Shown: positions 30,301 to 45,800 of the stretch, one piece after another
Layout: each line of letters begins with the position of its first letter
Numbering within the stretch: position 1 is the first letter of the stretch
From: Auanema rhodensis
Lineage: Eukaryota > Animalia > Nematoda
Reading direction: 5' to 3'
NCBI GenBank assembly: GCA_964057225.1
Contig: OZ059900.1
Coordinates: forward strand, 2,232,001-2,296,000
Length of the DNA: 64,000 nt
The notes under the pieces: model-generated
The model's database searches: none
What the model was told of the DNA's origin: nothing
What the model saw: the letters and a program-made list of their open reading frames with translations, nothing else
Program-made: the position numbers and the translations under genes

Positions 30301-30875
30301 TTTGGCTAAATCGCTCATATATATGATCAGAAGCATAGTTTTAATGTCTATGACAACAAAAATCATCAATTAAACGCTAGTGATGTTTAAATACTGATTT
30401 TCGCTCAAATAGCATTACTACACTAAGTATGGTCGTTTTTATGCCTTTAACACCATATACTCACCGATTTTTGGTACAAAATCTGTAATACTCGTAAAAT
30501 TTGATCATATTTGTTAAGATTTGAGAATCAAACACACAATACACAAAATCAGTCTATTTTTATGAGTTTACACTGATATATATTCATTTTCATCAAAAAA
30601 GGTCGAAAATAGAAAGAATTTTTGAATTTTCCGAGTTTTGAGTCGAATTGGGCTAAATCGCTCATATATATGATCAAAAGCATAGTTTTACTGTCTATGA
30701 TAACAAAAGTCTTCAAATATACACTAATAATGATTAAATCACTGAATTTCACTCAAATAGCATTACTACACTAAGTATGGTCGTTTTTATGCCTTTAACA
30801 CCATATACTCACCGATTTTTGGTACAAAATCTGTAATACTTGTAAATTTTGATCATATTTGTTAAGATTCGAGAA
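27400..30875. repeat. Local 3-mer HOR (A-F-G), 1042/1043-bp period, about three copies
   Basis: Type-A ORFs lie at 27421, 28464, 29506 and 30549, each separated by an F-type (or B/F chimera) and a G-type monomer. Confidence 0.88.
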
Positions 30876-33800
30876 TCAAACACATAATACACAAAATAAG
30901 TCTATTTTTACAAGTTTGCACTGATATTTATTCATTTTGATCAAAAAAGGTCGAAAATAGAAAGAATTTTTGAAATTTCCGAGTTTTGAGTCCAATTTGG
31001 CTAAATCGCTCATATATATGATCAAAAGCATAGTGTTATTGTCTATAACAACAAAAGTCATCAATTAAACGCTAGTGATGTTTAAATACTGAATTTCGCT
31101 CAAATAGCATTACTACACTAAGTATGGTCGTTTTTATGCCTTTAACACCATATACTCACCGATTTTTGGTACAAAATCTGTAATACTCGTAAATTTTGAT
31201 CATATTCGTTAAGATTTGAGAATCAAACATACAATACACAAAATCAATCTATTTTTATGAGCTTGCACTGATATATATTCATTTTGATCAAAAAAGGTCG
31301 AAAATAGAAAGAATTTTTGAAATTTCCGAGTTTTGAGTCTAATTTGGCTAAATCGCTCATATATATGATCAAAAGCATAGTTTTATTGTCTATGACAACA
31401 AAAGTCATCAATTAAATGCTAGTGATGTTTAAATACTGAATTTTGCTCAAATAGCATTACTACACTAAGTATGGTCGTTTTTATGCCTTTAACACCATAT
31501 ACTCACCGATTTTTGGTACAAAATCTGTAATACTCGTAAATTTTGATCATATTCGGTGAGATTCGAGAATCAAACACACAATACACGAAATAAGTTTATT
31601 TTGACGAGTTTGCACTGGTATTTATTCATTTTGATCAAAAAAGGTCGAAAATAGAAAGAATTTTTGAATTTTCCGAGTTTTGAGTCCAATTGGGCTAAAT
31701 CGCTCATATATATGATCAAAAGCATAGTTTTACTGTCTATGATAACAAAAGTCTTCAAATATACACTAATAATGTGTAAATCACTGAATTTCACTCAAAT
31801 AGCTTTACTACACTAAGTATGGTCGTTTTTATGCCTTTAACACCATATACTCACCGATTTTTGGTACAAAATCTGTAATACTCGTAAATTTCGATCATAT
31901 TCGTTAAGATTCGAGAATCAAACACACAATACACGAAATAAGTTTATTTTTACGAGTTTGCACTGATATTTATTCATTTTGATCAAAAAAGGTCGAAAAT
32001 AGAAAGAATTTTTGAATTTTCCGAGTTTTGAGTCCAATTGGGCTAAATCGCTCATATATATGATCAAAAGCATAGTTTCACTGTCTATGATAACAAAAGT
32101 CTTCAAATATACACTAGTAATGATTAAATCACTGAATTTCACTCAAATAGCATTACTACACTAAGTATGGTCGTTTTTATGCCTTTAACACCATATACTC
32201 ACCGATTTTTGGTACAAAATCTGTAATACTTGTAAATTTTGATCATATTCGTTAAGATTCGAGAATCAAACACATGATACACGAAATAAGTCTATTTTTA
32301 CAAGTTTGCACTGATATTTATTCATTTTGATCAAAAAAAGGTCGAAAATAGAAAAATTTTTTGAAATTTCCGAGTTTTGAGTCCAATTTGGCTAAATCGC
32401 TCATATATAAGATCAAAAGCATAGTTTTATTGTCTATAACAACAAAAGTCATCAATTAAACGCTAGTGATATTTAAATACTGATTTTCGCTCAAGTAGCA
32501 TTACTACACTAAGTATGGTCGTTTTTATGCCTTTAACACCATATACTCACCGATTTTTGGTACAAAATCTGTAATACTTGTAAATTTTGATCATATTCGT
32601 TAAGATTTGAGAATCGAACATACAATACACAAAATCAGTCTATTTTTATGAGCTTGCACTGATATATATTCATTTTGATCAAAAAAGGTCGAAAATAGAA
32701 AGAATTTTTGAAATTTCCGAGTTTTGAGTCTAATTTGGCTAAATCGCTCATATATATGATCAGAAGCATAGTTTTAATGTCTATGACAACAAAAATCATC
32801 AATTAAACGCTAGTGATGTTTAAATACTGATTTTCGCTCAAATAGCATTACTACACTAAGTATGGTCGTTTTTATGCCTTTAACACCATGTACTCACCGA
32901 TTTTTGGTACAAAATCTGTAATACTCGTAAAATTTGATCATATTTGTTAAGATTTGAGAATCAAACACACAATACACAAAATCAGTCTATTTTTATGAGT
33001 TTACACTGATATATATTCATTTTCATCAAAAAAAGTCGAAAATAGAAAGAATTTTTGAATTTTCCGAGTTTTGAGTCGAATTGGGCTAAATCGCTCATAT
33101 ATATGATCAAAAGCATAGTTTTACTGTCTATGATAACAAAAGTCTTCAAATATACACTAATAATGATTAAATCACTGAATTTCACTCAAATAGCATTACT
33201 ACACTAAGTATGGTCGTTTTTATGCCTTTAACACCATATACTCACCGATTTTTGGTACAAAATCTGTAATACTTGTAAATTTTGATCATATTTGTTAAGA
33301 TTCGAGAATCAAACACATAATACACAAAATAAGTCTATTTTTACAAGTTTGCACTGATATTTATTCATTTTGATCAAAAAAGGTCGAAAATAGAAAGAAT
33401 TTTTGAAATTTCCGAGTTTTGAGTCCAATTTGGCTAAATCGCTCATATATATGATCAAAAGCATAGTTTTATTGTCTATAACAACAAAAGTCATCAATTA
33501 AACGCTAGTGATGTTTAAATACTGAATTTCGCTCAAATAGCATTACTACACTAAGTATGGTCGTTTTTATGCCTTTAACACCATATACTCACCGATTTTT
33601 GGTACAAAATCTGTAATACTCGTAAATTTTGATCATATTCGTTAAGATTTGAGAATCAAACATACAATACACAAAATCAGTCTATTTTTATGAGCTTGCA
33701 CTGATATATATTCATTTTGATCAAAAAAGGTCGAAAATAGAAAGAATTTTTGAAATTTCCGAGTTTTGAGTCTAATTTGGCTAAATCGCTCATATATATG

Positions 33801-36800
33801 ATCAAAAGCATAGTTTTACTGTCTATGATAACAAAAGTCTTCAAAAATACACTAATAATGATTAAATCACTGAATTTCACTCAAATAGCATTACTACACT
33901 AAGTATGGTCGTTTTTATGCCTTTAACACCATATACTCACCGATTTTTGGTACAAAATCTGTAATACTTGTAAATTTTGATCATATTTGTTAAGATTCGA
34001 GAATCAAACACATAATACACGAAATAAGTCTATTTTTACAAGTTTGCACTGATATTTATTCATTTTGATCAAAAAAAGGTCGAAAATAGAAAAATTTTTT
34101 GAAATTTCCGAGTTTTGAGTCCAATTTGGCTAAATCGCTCATATATAAGATCAAAAGCATAGTTTTATTGTCTATAACAACAAAAGTCATCAATTAAACG
34201 CTAGTGATATTTAAATACTGAATTTCGCTCAAATAGCATTACTACACTAAGTATGGTCGTTTTTATGCCTTTAACACCATATACTCACCGATTTTTGGTA
34301 CAAAATCTGTAATACTCGTAAATTTTGATCATATTCGTTAAGATTTGAGAATCAAACATACAATACACAAAATCAATCTATTTTTATGAGCTTGCACTGA
34401 TATATATTCATTTTGATCAAAAAAGGTCGAAAATAGAAAGAATTTTTGAAATTTCCGAGTTTTGAGTCTAATTTGGCTAAATCGCTCATATATATGATCA
34501 AAAGCATAGTTTTATTGTCTATGACAACAAAAGTCATCAATTAAATGCTAGTGATGTTTAAATACTGAATTTTGCTCAAATAGCATTACTACACTAAGTA
34601 TGGTCGTTTTTATGCCTTTAACACCATATACTCACCGATTTTTGGTACAAAATCTGTAATACTCGTAAATTTTGATCATATTCGGTGAGATTCGAGAATC
34701 AAACACACAATACACGAAATAAGTTTATTTTGACGAGTTTGCACTGGTATTTATTCATTTTGATCAAAAAAGGTCGAAAATAGAAAGAATTTTTGAATTT
34801 TCCGAGTTTTGAGTCCAATTGGGCTAAATCGCTCATATATATGATCAAAAGCATAGTTTTACTGTCTATGATAACAAAAGTCTTCAAATATACACTAATA
34901 ATGTGTAAATCACTGAATTTCACTCAAATAGCTTTACTACACTAAGTATGGTCGTTTTTATGCCTTTAACACCATATACTCACCGATTTTTGGTACAAAA
35001 TCTGTAATACTCGTAAATTTCGATCATATTCGTTAAGATTCGAGAATCAAACACACAATACACGAAATAAGTTTATTTTTACGAGTTTGCACTGATATTT
35101 ATTCATTTTGATCAAAAAAGGTCGAAAATAGAAAGAATTTTTGAATTTTCCGAGTTTTGAGTCCAATTGGGCTAAATCGCTCATATATATGATCAAAAGC
35201 ATAGTTTCACTGTCTATGATAACAAAAGTCTTCAAATATACACTAGTAATGATTAAATCACTGAATTTCACTCAAATAGCATTACTACACTAAGTATGGT
35301 CGTTTTTATGCCTTTAACACCATATACTCACCGATTTTTGGTACAAAATCTGTAATACTTGTAAATTTTGATCATATTTGTTAAGATTCGAGAATCAAAC
35401 ACATAATACACGAAATAAGTCTATTTTTACAATTTTGCACTGATATTTATTCATTTTGATCAAAAAAAGGTCGAAAATAGAAAAATTTTTTGAAATTTCC
35501 GAGTTTTGAGTCCAATTTGGCTAAATCGCTCATATATAAGATCAAAAGCATAGTTTTATTGTCTATAACAACAAAAGTCATCAATTAAACGCTAGTGATA
35601 TTTAAATACTGATTTTCGCTCAAGTAGCATTACTACACTAAGTATGGTCGTTTTTATGCCTTTAACACCATATACTCACCGATTTTTGGTACAAAATCTG
35701 TAATACTTGTAAATTTTGATCATATTCGTTAAGATTTGAGAATCGAACATACAATACACAAAATCAGTCTATTTTTATGAGCTTGCACTGATATATATTC
35801 ATTTTGATCAAAAAAGGTCGAAAATAGAAAGAATTTTTGAAATTTCCGAGTTTTGAGTCTAATTTGGCTAAATCGCTCATATATATGATCAGAAGCATAG
35901 TTTTAATGTCTATGACAACAAAAATCATCAATTAAACGCTAGTGATGTTTAAATACTGATTTTCGCTCAAATAGCATTACTACACTAAGTATGGTCGTTT
36001 TTATGCCTTTAACACCATATACTCACCGATTTTTGGTACAAAATCTGTAATACTCGTAAAATTTGATCATATTTGTTAAGATTTGAGAATCAAACACACA
36101 ATACACAAAATCAGTCTATTTTTATGAGTTTACACTGATATATATTCATTTTCATCAAAAAAGGTCGAAAATAGAAAGAATTTTTGAATTTTCCGAGTTT
36201 TGAGTCGAATTGGGCTAAATCGCTCATATATATGATCAAAAGCATAGTTTTACTGTCTATGATAACAAAAGTCTTCAAATATACACTAATAATGATTAAA
36301 TCACTGAATTTCACTCAAATAGCATTACTACACTAAGTATGGTCGTTTTTATGCCTTTAACACCATATACTCACCGATTTTTGGTACAAAATCTGTAATA
36401 CTTGTAAATTTTGATCATATTTGTTAAGATTCGAGAATCAAACACATAATACACAAAATAAGTCTATTTTTACAAGTTTGCACTGATATTTATTCATTTT
36501 GATCAAAAAAGGTCGAAAATAGAAAGAATTTTTGAAATTTCCGAGTTTTGAGTCCAATTTGGCTAAATCGCTCATATATATGATCAAAAGCATAGTTTTA
36601 TTGTCTATAACAACAAAAGTCATCAATTAAACGCTAGTGATGTTTAAATACTGAATTTCGCTCAAATAGCATTACTACACTAAGTATGGTCGTTTTTATG
36701 CCTTTAACACCATATACTCACCGATTTTTGGTACAAAATCTGTAATACTCGTAAATTTTGATCATATTCGTTAAGATTTGAGAATCAAACATACAATACA

Positions 36801-39800
36801 CAAAATCAGTCTATTTTTATGAGCTTGCACTGATATATATTCATTTTGATCAAAAAAGGTCGAAAATAGAAAGAATTTTTGAAATTTCCGAGTTTTGAGT
36901 CTAATTTGGCTAAATCGCTCATATATATGATCAAAAGCATAGTTTTATTGTCTATGACAACAAAAGTCATCAATTAAATGCTAGTGATGTTTAAATACTG
37001 AATTTCGCTCAAATAGCATTACTACACTAAGTATGGTCGTTTTTATGCCTTTAACACCATATACTCACCGATTTTTGGTACAAAATCTGTAATACTCGTA
37101 AATTTTGATCATATTCGGTGAGATTCGAGAATCAAACACACAATACACGAAATAAGTTTATTTTGACGAGTTTGCACTGGTATTTATTCATTTTGATCAA
37201 AAAAGGTCGAAAATAGAAAGAATTTTTGAATTTTCCGAGTTTTGAGTCCAATTGGGCTAAATCGCTCATATATATGATCAAAAGCATAGTTTTACTGTCT
37301 ATGATAACAAAAGTCTTCAAATATACACTAATAATGTGTAAATCACTGAATTTCACTCAAATAGCTTTACTACACTAAGTATGGTCGTTTTTATGCCTTT
37401 AACACCATATACTCACCGATTTTTGGTACAAAATCTGTAATACTCGTAAGCATCGATCATATTCGTTAAGATTCGAGAATCAAACACACAATACACAAAA
37501 TAAGTTTATTTTTACGAGTTTGCACTGATATTTATTCATTTTGATCAAAAAAGGTCGAAAATAGAAAGAATTTTTGAATTTTCCGAGTTTTGAGTCCAAT
37601 TGGGCTAAATCGCTCATATATATGATCAAAAGCATAGTTTCACTGTCTATGATAACAAAAGTCTTCAAATATACACTAGTAATGATTAAATCACTGAATT
37701 TCACTCAAATAGCATTACTACACTAAGTATGGTCGTTTTTATGCCTTTAACACCATATACTCACCGATTTTTGGTACAAAATCTGTAATACTTGTAAATT
37801 TTGATCATATTTGTTAAGATTCGAGAATCAAACACATAATACACGAAATAAGTCTATTTTTACAAGTTTGCACTGATATTTATTCATTTTGATCAAAAAA
37901 AGGTCGAAAATAGAAAAATTTTTTGAAATTTCCGAGTTTTGAGTCCAATTTGGCTAAATCGCTCATATATAAGATCAAAAGCATAGTTTTATTGTCTATA
38001 ACAACAAAAGTCATCAATTAAACGCTAGTGATATTTAAATACTGATTTTCGCTCAAGTAGCATTACTACACTAAGTATGGTCGTTTTTATGCCTTTAACA
38101 CCATATACTCACCGATTTTTGGTACAAAATCTGTAATACTTGTAAATTTTGATCATATTTGTTAAGATTTGAGAATCGAACATACAATACACAAAATCAG
38201 TCTATTTTTATGAGCTTGCACTGATATATATTCATTTTGATCAAAAAAGGTCGAAAATAGAAAGAATTTTTGAAATTTCCGAGTTTTGAGTCTAATTTGG
38301 CTAAATCGCTCATATATATGATCAGAAGCATAGTTTTAATGTCTATGACAACAAAAATCATCAATTAAACGCTAGTGATGTTTAAATACTGATTTTCGCT
38401 CAAATAGCATTACTACACTAAGTATGGTCGTTTTTATGCCTTTAACACCATATACTCACCGATTTTTGGTACAAAATCTGTAATACTCGTAAAATTTGAT
38501 CATATTTGTTAAGATTTGAGAATCAAACACACAATACACAAAATCAGTCTATTTTTATGAGTTTACACTGATATATATTCATTTTCATCAAAAAAGGTCG
38601 AAAATAGAAAGAATTTTTGAATTTTCCGAGTTTTGAGTCGAATTGGGCTAAATCGCTCATATATATGATCAAAAGCATAGTTTTACTGTCTATGATAACA
38701 AAAGTCTTCAAATATACACTAATAATGATTAAATCACTGAATTTCACTCAAATAGCATTACTACACTAAGTATGGTCGTTTTTATGCCTTTAACACCATA
38801 TACTCACCGATTTTTGGTACAAAATCTGTAATACTTGTAAATTTTGATCATATTTGTTAAGATTCGAGAATCAAACACATAATACACAAAATAAGTCTAT
38901 TTTTACAAGTTTGCACTGATATTTATTCATTTTGATCAAAAAAGGTCGAAAATAGAAAGAATTTTTGAAATTTCCGAGTTTTGAGTCCAATTTGGCTAAA
39001 TCGCTCATATATATGATCAAAAGCATAGTTTTATTGTCTATAACAACAAAAGTCATCAATTAAACGCTAGTGATGTTTAAATACTGAATTTCGCTCAAAT
39101 AGCATTACTACACTAAGTATGGTCGTTTTTATGCCTTTAACACCATATACTCACCGATTTTTGGTACAAAATCTGTAATACTCGTAAATTTTGATCATAT
39201 TCGTTAAGATTTGAGAATCAAACATACAATACACAAAATCAGTCTATTTTTATGAGCTTGCACTGATATATATTCATTTTGATCAAAAAAGGTCGAAAAT
39301 AGAAAGAATTTTTGAAATTTCCGAGTTTTGAGTCTAATTTGGCTAAATCGCTCATATATATGATCAAAAGCATAGTTTTATTGTCTATGACAACAAAAGT
39401 CATCAATTAAATGCTAGTGATGTTTAAATACTGAATTTCGCTCAAATAGCATTACTACACTAAGTATGGTCGTTTTTATGCCTTTAACACCATATACTCA
39501 CCGATTTTTGGTACAAAATCTGTAATACTCGTAAATTTTGATCATATTCGGTGAGATTCGAGAATCAAACACACAATACACGAAATAAGTTTATTTTGAC
39601 GAGTTTGCACTGGTATTTATTCATTTTGATCAAAAAAGGTCGAAAATAGAAAGAATTTTTGAATTTTCCGAGTTTTGAGTCCAATTGGGCTAAATCGCTC
39701 ATATATATGATCAAAAGCATAGTTTTACTGTCTATGATAACAAAAGTCTTCAAATATACACTAATAATGTGTAAATCACTGAATTTCACTCAAATAGCTT

Positions 39801-42800
39801 TACTACACTAAGTATGGTCGTTTTTATGCCTTTAACACCATATACTCACCGATTTTTGGTACAAAATCTGTAATACTCGTAAATTTCGATCATATTCGTT
39901 AAGATTCGAGAATCAAACACACAATACACAAAATAAGTTTATTTTTATGAGTTTACACTGATATATATTCATTTTCATCAAAAAAGGTCGAAAATAGAAA
40001 GAATTTTTGAATTTTCCGAGTTTTGAGTCCAATTGGGCTAAATCGCTCATATATATGATCAAAAGCATAGTTTCACTGTCTATGATAACAAAAGTCTTCA
40101 AATATACACTAGTAATGATTAAATCACTGAATTTCACTCAAATAGCATTACTACACTAAGTATGGTCGTTTTTATGCCTTTAACACCATATACTCACCGA
40201 TTTTTGGTACAAAATCTGTAATACTTGTAAATTTTGATCATATTTGTTAAGATTCGAGAATCAAACACATAATACACAAAATAAGTCTATTTTTACAAGT
40301 TTGCACTGATATTTATTCATTTTGATCAAAAAAGGTCGAAAATAGAAAGAATTTTTGAAATTTCCGAGTTTTGAGTCCAATTTGGCTAAATCGCTCATAT
40401 ATATGATCAAAAGCATAGTGTTATTGTCTATAACAACAAAAGTCATCAATTAAACGCTAGTGATGTTTAAATACTGAATTTCGCTCAAATAGCATTACTA
40501 CACTAAGTATGGTCGTTTTTATGCCTTTAACACCATATACTCACCGATTTTTGGTACAAAATCTGTAATACTCGTAAATTTTGATCATATTCGTTAAGAT
40601 TTGAGAATCAAACATACAATACACAAAATCAGTCTATTTTTATGAGCTTGCACTGATATATATTCATTTTGATCAAAAAAGGTCGAAAATAGAAAGAATT
40701 TTTGAAATTTCCGAGTTTTGAGTCTAATTTGGCTAAATCGCTCATATATATGATCAAAAGAATAGTTTTATTGTCTATGACAACAAAAGTCATCAATTAA
40801 ATGCTAGTGATGTTTAAATACTGAATATCGCTCAAATAGCATTACTACACTAAGTATGGTCGTTTTTATGCCTTTAACACCATATACTCACCGATTTTTG
40901 GTACAAAATCTGTAATACTCGTAAATTTTGATCATATCCGGTGAGATTCGAGAATCAAACACACAATACACGAAATAAGTTTATTTTGACGAGTTTGCAC
41001 TGGTATTTATTCATTTTGATCAAAAAAGGTCGAAAATAGAAAGAATTTTTGAATTTTCCGAGTTTTGAGTCCAATTGGGCTAAATCGCTCATATATATGA
41101 TCAAAAGCATAGTTTTACTGTCTATGATAACAAAAGTCTTCAAATATACACTAATAATGTGTAAATCACTGAATTTCACTCAAATAGCTTTACTACACTA
41201 AGTATGGTCGTTTTTATGCCTTTAACACCATATACTCACCGATTTTTGGTACAAAATCTGTAATACTCGTAAATTTCGATCATATTCGTTAAGATTCGAG
41301 AATCAAACACACAATACACGAAATAAGTTTATTTTTACGAGTTTGCACTGATATTTATTCATTTTGATCAAAAAAGGTCGAAAATAGAAAGAATTTTTGA
41401 ATTTTCCGAGTTTTGAGTCCAATTGGGCTAAATCGCTCATATATATGATCAAAAGCATAGTTTCACTGTCTATGATAACAAAAGTCTTCAAATATACACT
41501 AGTAATGATTAAATCACTGAATTTCACTCAAATAGCATTACTACACTAAGTATGGTCGTTTTTATGCCTTTAACACCATATACTCACCGATTTTTGGTAC
41601 AAAATCTGTAATACTTGTAAATTTTGATCATATTTGTTAAGATTCGAGAATCAAACACATAATACACGAAATAAGTCTATTTTTACAAGTTTGCACTGAT
41701 ATTTATTCATTTTGATCAAAAAAAGGTCGAAAATAGAAAAATTTTTTGAAATTTCCGAGTTTTGAGTCCAATTTGGCTAAATCGCTCATATATAAGATCA
41801 AAAGCATAGTTTTATTGTCTATAACAACAAAAGTCATCAATTAAACGCTAGTGATATTTAAATACTGATTTTCGCTCAAGTAGCATTACTACACTAAGTA
41901 TGGTCGTTTTTATGCCTTTAACACCATATACTCACCGATTTTTGGTACAAAATCTGTAATACTTGTAAATTTTGATCATATTCGTTAAGATTTGAGAATC
42001 GAACATACAATACACAAAATCAGTCTATTTTTATGAGCTTGCACTGATATATATTCATTTTGATCAAAAAAGGTCGAAAATAGAAAGAATTTTTGAAATT
42101 TCCGAGTTTTGAGTCTAATTTGGCTAAATCGCTCATATATATGATCAGAAGCATAGTTTTAATGTCTATGACAACAAAAATCATCAATTAAACGCTAGTG
42201 ATGTTTAAATACTGATTTTCGCTCAAATAGCATTACTACACTAAGTATGGTCGTTTTTATGCCTTTAACACCATATACTCACCGATTTTTGGTACAAAAT
42301 CTGTAATACTTGTAAATTTTGATCATATTTGTTAAGATTCGAGAATCAAACACATAATACACGAAATAAGTCTATTTTTACAAGTTTGCACTGATATTTA
42401 TTCATTTTGATCAAAAAAGGTCGAAAATAGAAAGAATTTTTGAAATTTCCGAGTTTTGAGTCCAATTTGGCTAAATCGCTCATATATATGATCAAAAGCA
42501 TAGTGTTATTGTCTATAACAACAAAAGTCATCAATTAAACGCTAGTGATGTTTAAATACTGAATTTCGCTCAAATAGCATTACTACACTAAGTATGGTCG
42601 TTTTTATGCCTTTAACACCATATACTCACCGATTTTTGGTACAAAATCTGTAATACTCGTAAATTTTGATCATATTCGTTAAGATTTGAGAATCAAACAT
42701 ACAATACACAAAATCAGTCTATTTTTATGAGCTTGCACTGATATATATTCATTTTGATCAAAAAAGGTCGAAAATAGAAAGAATTTTTGAAATTTCCGAG

Positions 42801-45800
42801 TTTTGAGTCTAATTTGGCTAAATCGCTCATATATATGATCAAAAGCATAGTTTTATTGTCTATGACAACAAAAGTCATCAATTAAATGCTAGTGATGTTT
42901 AAATACTGAATTTCGCTCAAATAGCATTACTACACTAAGTATGGTCGTTTTTATGCCTTTAACACCATATACTCACCGATTTTTGGTACAAAATCTGTAA
43001 TACTCGTAAATTTTGATCATATCCGGTGAGATTCGAGAATCAAACACACAATACACGAAATAAGTTTATTTTGACGAGTTTGCACTGGTATTTATTCATT
43101 TTGATCAAAAAAGGTCGAAAATAGAAAGAATTTTTGAATTTTCCGAGTTTTGAGTCCAATTGGGCTAAATCGCTCATATATATGATCAAAAGCATAGTTT
43201 TACTGTCTATGATAACAAAAGTCTTCAAATATACACTAATAATGTGTAAATCACTGAATTTCACTCAAATAGCTTTACTACACTAAGTATGGTCGTTTTT
43301 ATGCCTTTAACACCATATACTCACCGATTTTTGGTACAAAATCTGTAATACTCGTAAATTTCGATCATATTCGTTAAGATTCGAGAATCAAACACACAAT
43401 ACACGAAATAAGTTTATTTTTACGAGTTTGCACTGATATTTATTCATTTTGATCAAAAAAGGTCGAAAATAGAAAGAATTTTTGAATTTTCCGAGTTTTG
43501 AGTCCAATTGGGCTAAATCGCTCATATATATGATCAAAAGCATAGTTTCACTGTCTATGATAACAAAAGTCTTCAAATATACACTAGTAATGATTAAATC
43601 ACTGAATTTCACTCAAATAGCATTACTACACTAAGTATGGTCGTTTTTATGCCTTTAACACCATATACTCACCGATTTTTGGTACAAAATCTGTAATACT
43701 TGTAAATTTTGATCATATTTGTTAAGATTCGAGAATCAAACACATAATACACGAAATAAGTCTATTTTTACAAGTTTGCACTGATATTTATTCATTTTGA
43801 TCAAAAAAAGGTCGAAAATAGAAAAATTTTTTGAAATTTCCGAGTTTTGAGTCCAATTTGGCTAAATCGCTCATATATAAGATCAAAAGCATAGTTTTAT
43901 TGTCTATAACAACAAAAGTCATCAATTAAACGCTAGTGATATTTAAATACTGATTTTCGCTCAAGTAGCATTACTACACTAAGTATGGTCGTTTTTATGC
44001 CTTTAACACCATATACTCACCGATTTTTGGTACAAAATCTGTAATACTTGTAAATTTTGATCATATTCGTTAAGATTTGAGAATCGAACATACAATACAC
44101 AAAATCAGTCTATTTTTATGAGCTTGCACTGATATATATTCATTTTGATCAAAAAAGGTCGAAAATAGAAAGAATTTTTGAAATTTCCGAGTTTTGAGTC
44201 TAATTTGGCTAAATCGCTCATATATATGATCAGAAGCATAGTTTTAATGTCTATGACAACAAAAATCATCAATTAAACGCTAGTGATGTTTAAATACTGA
44301 TTTTCGCTCAAATAGCATTACTACACTAAGTATGGTCGTTTTTATGCCTTTAACACCATATACTCACCGATTTTTGGTACAAAATCTGTAATACTCGTAA
44401 AATTTGATCATATTTGTTAAGATTTGAGAATCAAACACACAATACACAAAATCAGTCTATTTTTATGAGTTTACACTGATATATATTCATTTTCATCAAA
44501 AAAGGTCGAAAATAGAAAGAATTTTTGAATTTTCCGAGTTTTGAGTCGAATTGGGCTAAATCGCTCATATATATGATCAAAAGCATAGTTTTACTGTCTA
44601 TGATAACAAAAGTCTTCAAATATACACTAATAATGATTAAATCACTGAATTTCACTCAAATAGCATTACTACACTAAGTATGGTCGTTTTTATGCCTTTA
44701 ACACCATATACTCACCGATTTTTGGTACAAAATCTGTAATACTTGTAAATTTTGATCATATTTGTTAAGATTCGAGAATCAAACACATAATACACAAAAT
44801 AAGTCTATTTTTACAAGTTTGCACTGATATTTATTCATTTTGATCAAAAAAGGTCGAAAATAGAAAGAATTTTTGAAATTTCCGAGTTTTGAGTCCAATT
44901 TGGCTAAATCGCTCATATATATGATCAAAAGCATAGTGTTATTGTCTATAACAACAAAAGTCATCAATTAAACGCTAGTGATGTTTAAATACTGAATTTC
45001 GCTCAAATAGCATTACTACACTAAGTATGGTCGTTTTTATGCCTTTAACACCATATACTCACCGATTTTTGGTACAAAATCTGTAATACTCGTAAATTTT
45101 GATCATATTTGTTAAGATTTGAGAATCAAACATACAATACACAAAATCAGTCTATTTTTATGAGCTTGCACTGATATATATTCATTTTGATCAAAAAAGG
45201 TCGAAAATAGAAAGAATTTTTGAAATTTCCGAGTTTTGAGTCTAATTTGGCTAAATCGCTCATATATATGATCAAAAGCATAGTTTTATTGTCTATGACA
45301 ACAAAAGTCATCAATTAAATGCTAGTGATGTTTAAATACTGAATTTCGCTCAAATAGCATTACTACACTAAGTATGGTCGTTTTTATGCCTTTAACACCA
45401 TATACTCACCGATTTTTGGTACAAAATCTGTAATACTCGTAAATTTTGATCATATTCGGTGAGATTCGAGAATCAAACACACAATACACGAAATAAGTTT
45501 ATTTTGACGAGTTTGCACTGGTATTTATTCATTTTGATCAAAAAAGGTCGAAAATAGAAAGAATTTTTGAATTTTCCGAGTTTTGAGTCCAATTGGGCTA
45601 AATCGCTCATATATATGATCAAAAGCATAGTTTTACTGTCTATGATAACAAAAGTCTTCAAATATACACTAGTAATGATTAAATCACTGAATTTCACTCA
45701 AATAGCATTACTACACTAAGTATGGTCGTTTTTATGCCTTTAACACCATATACTCACCGATTTTTGGTACAAAATCTGTAATACTTGTAAATTTTGATCA

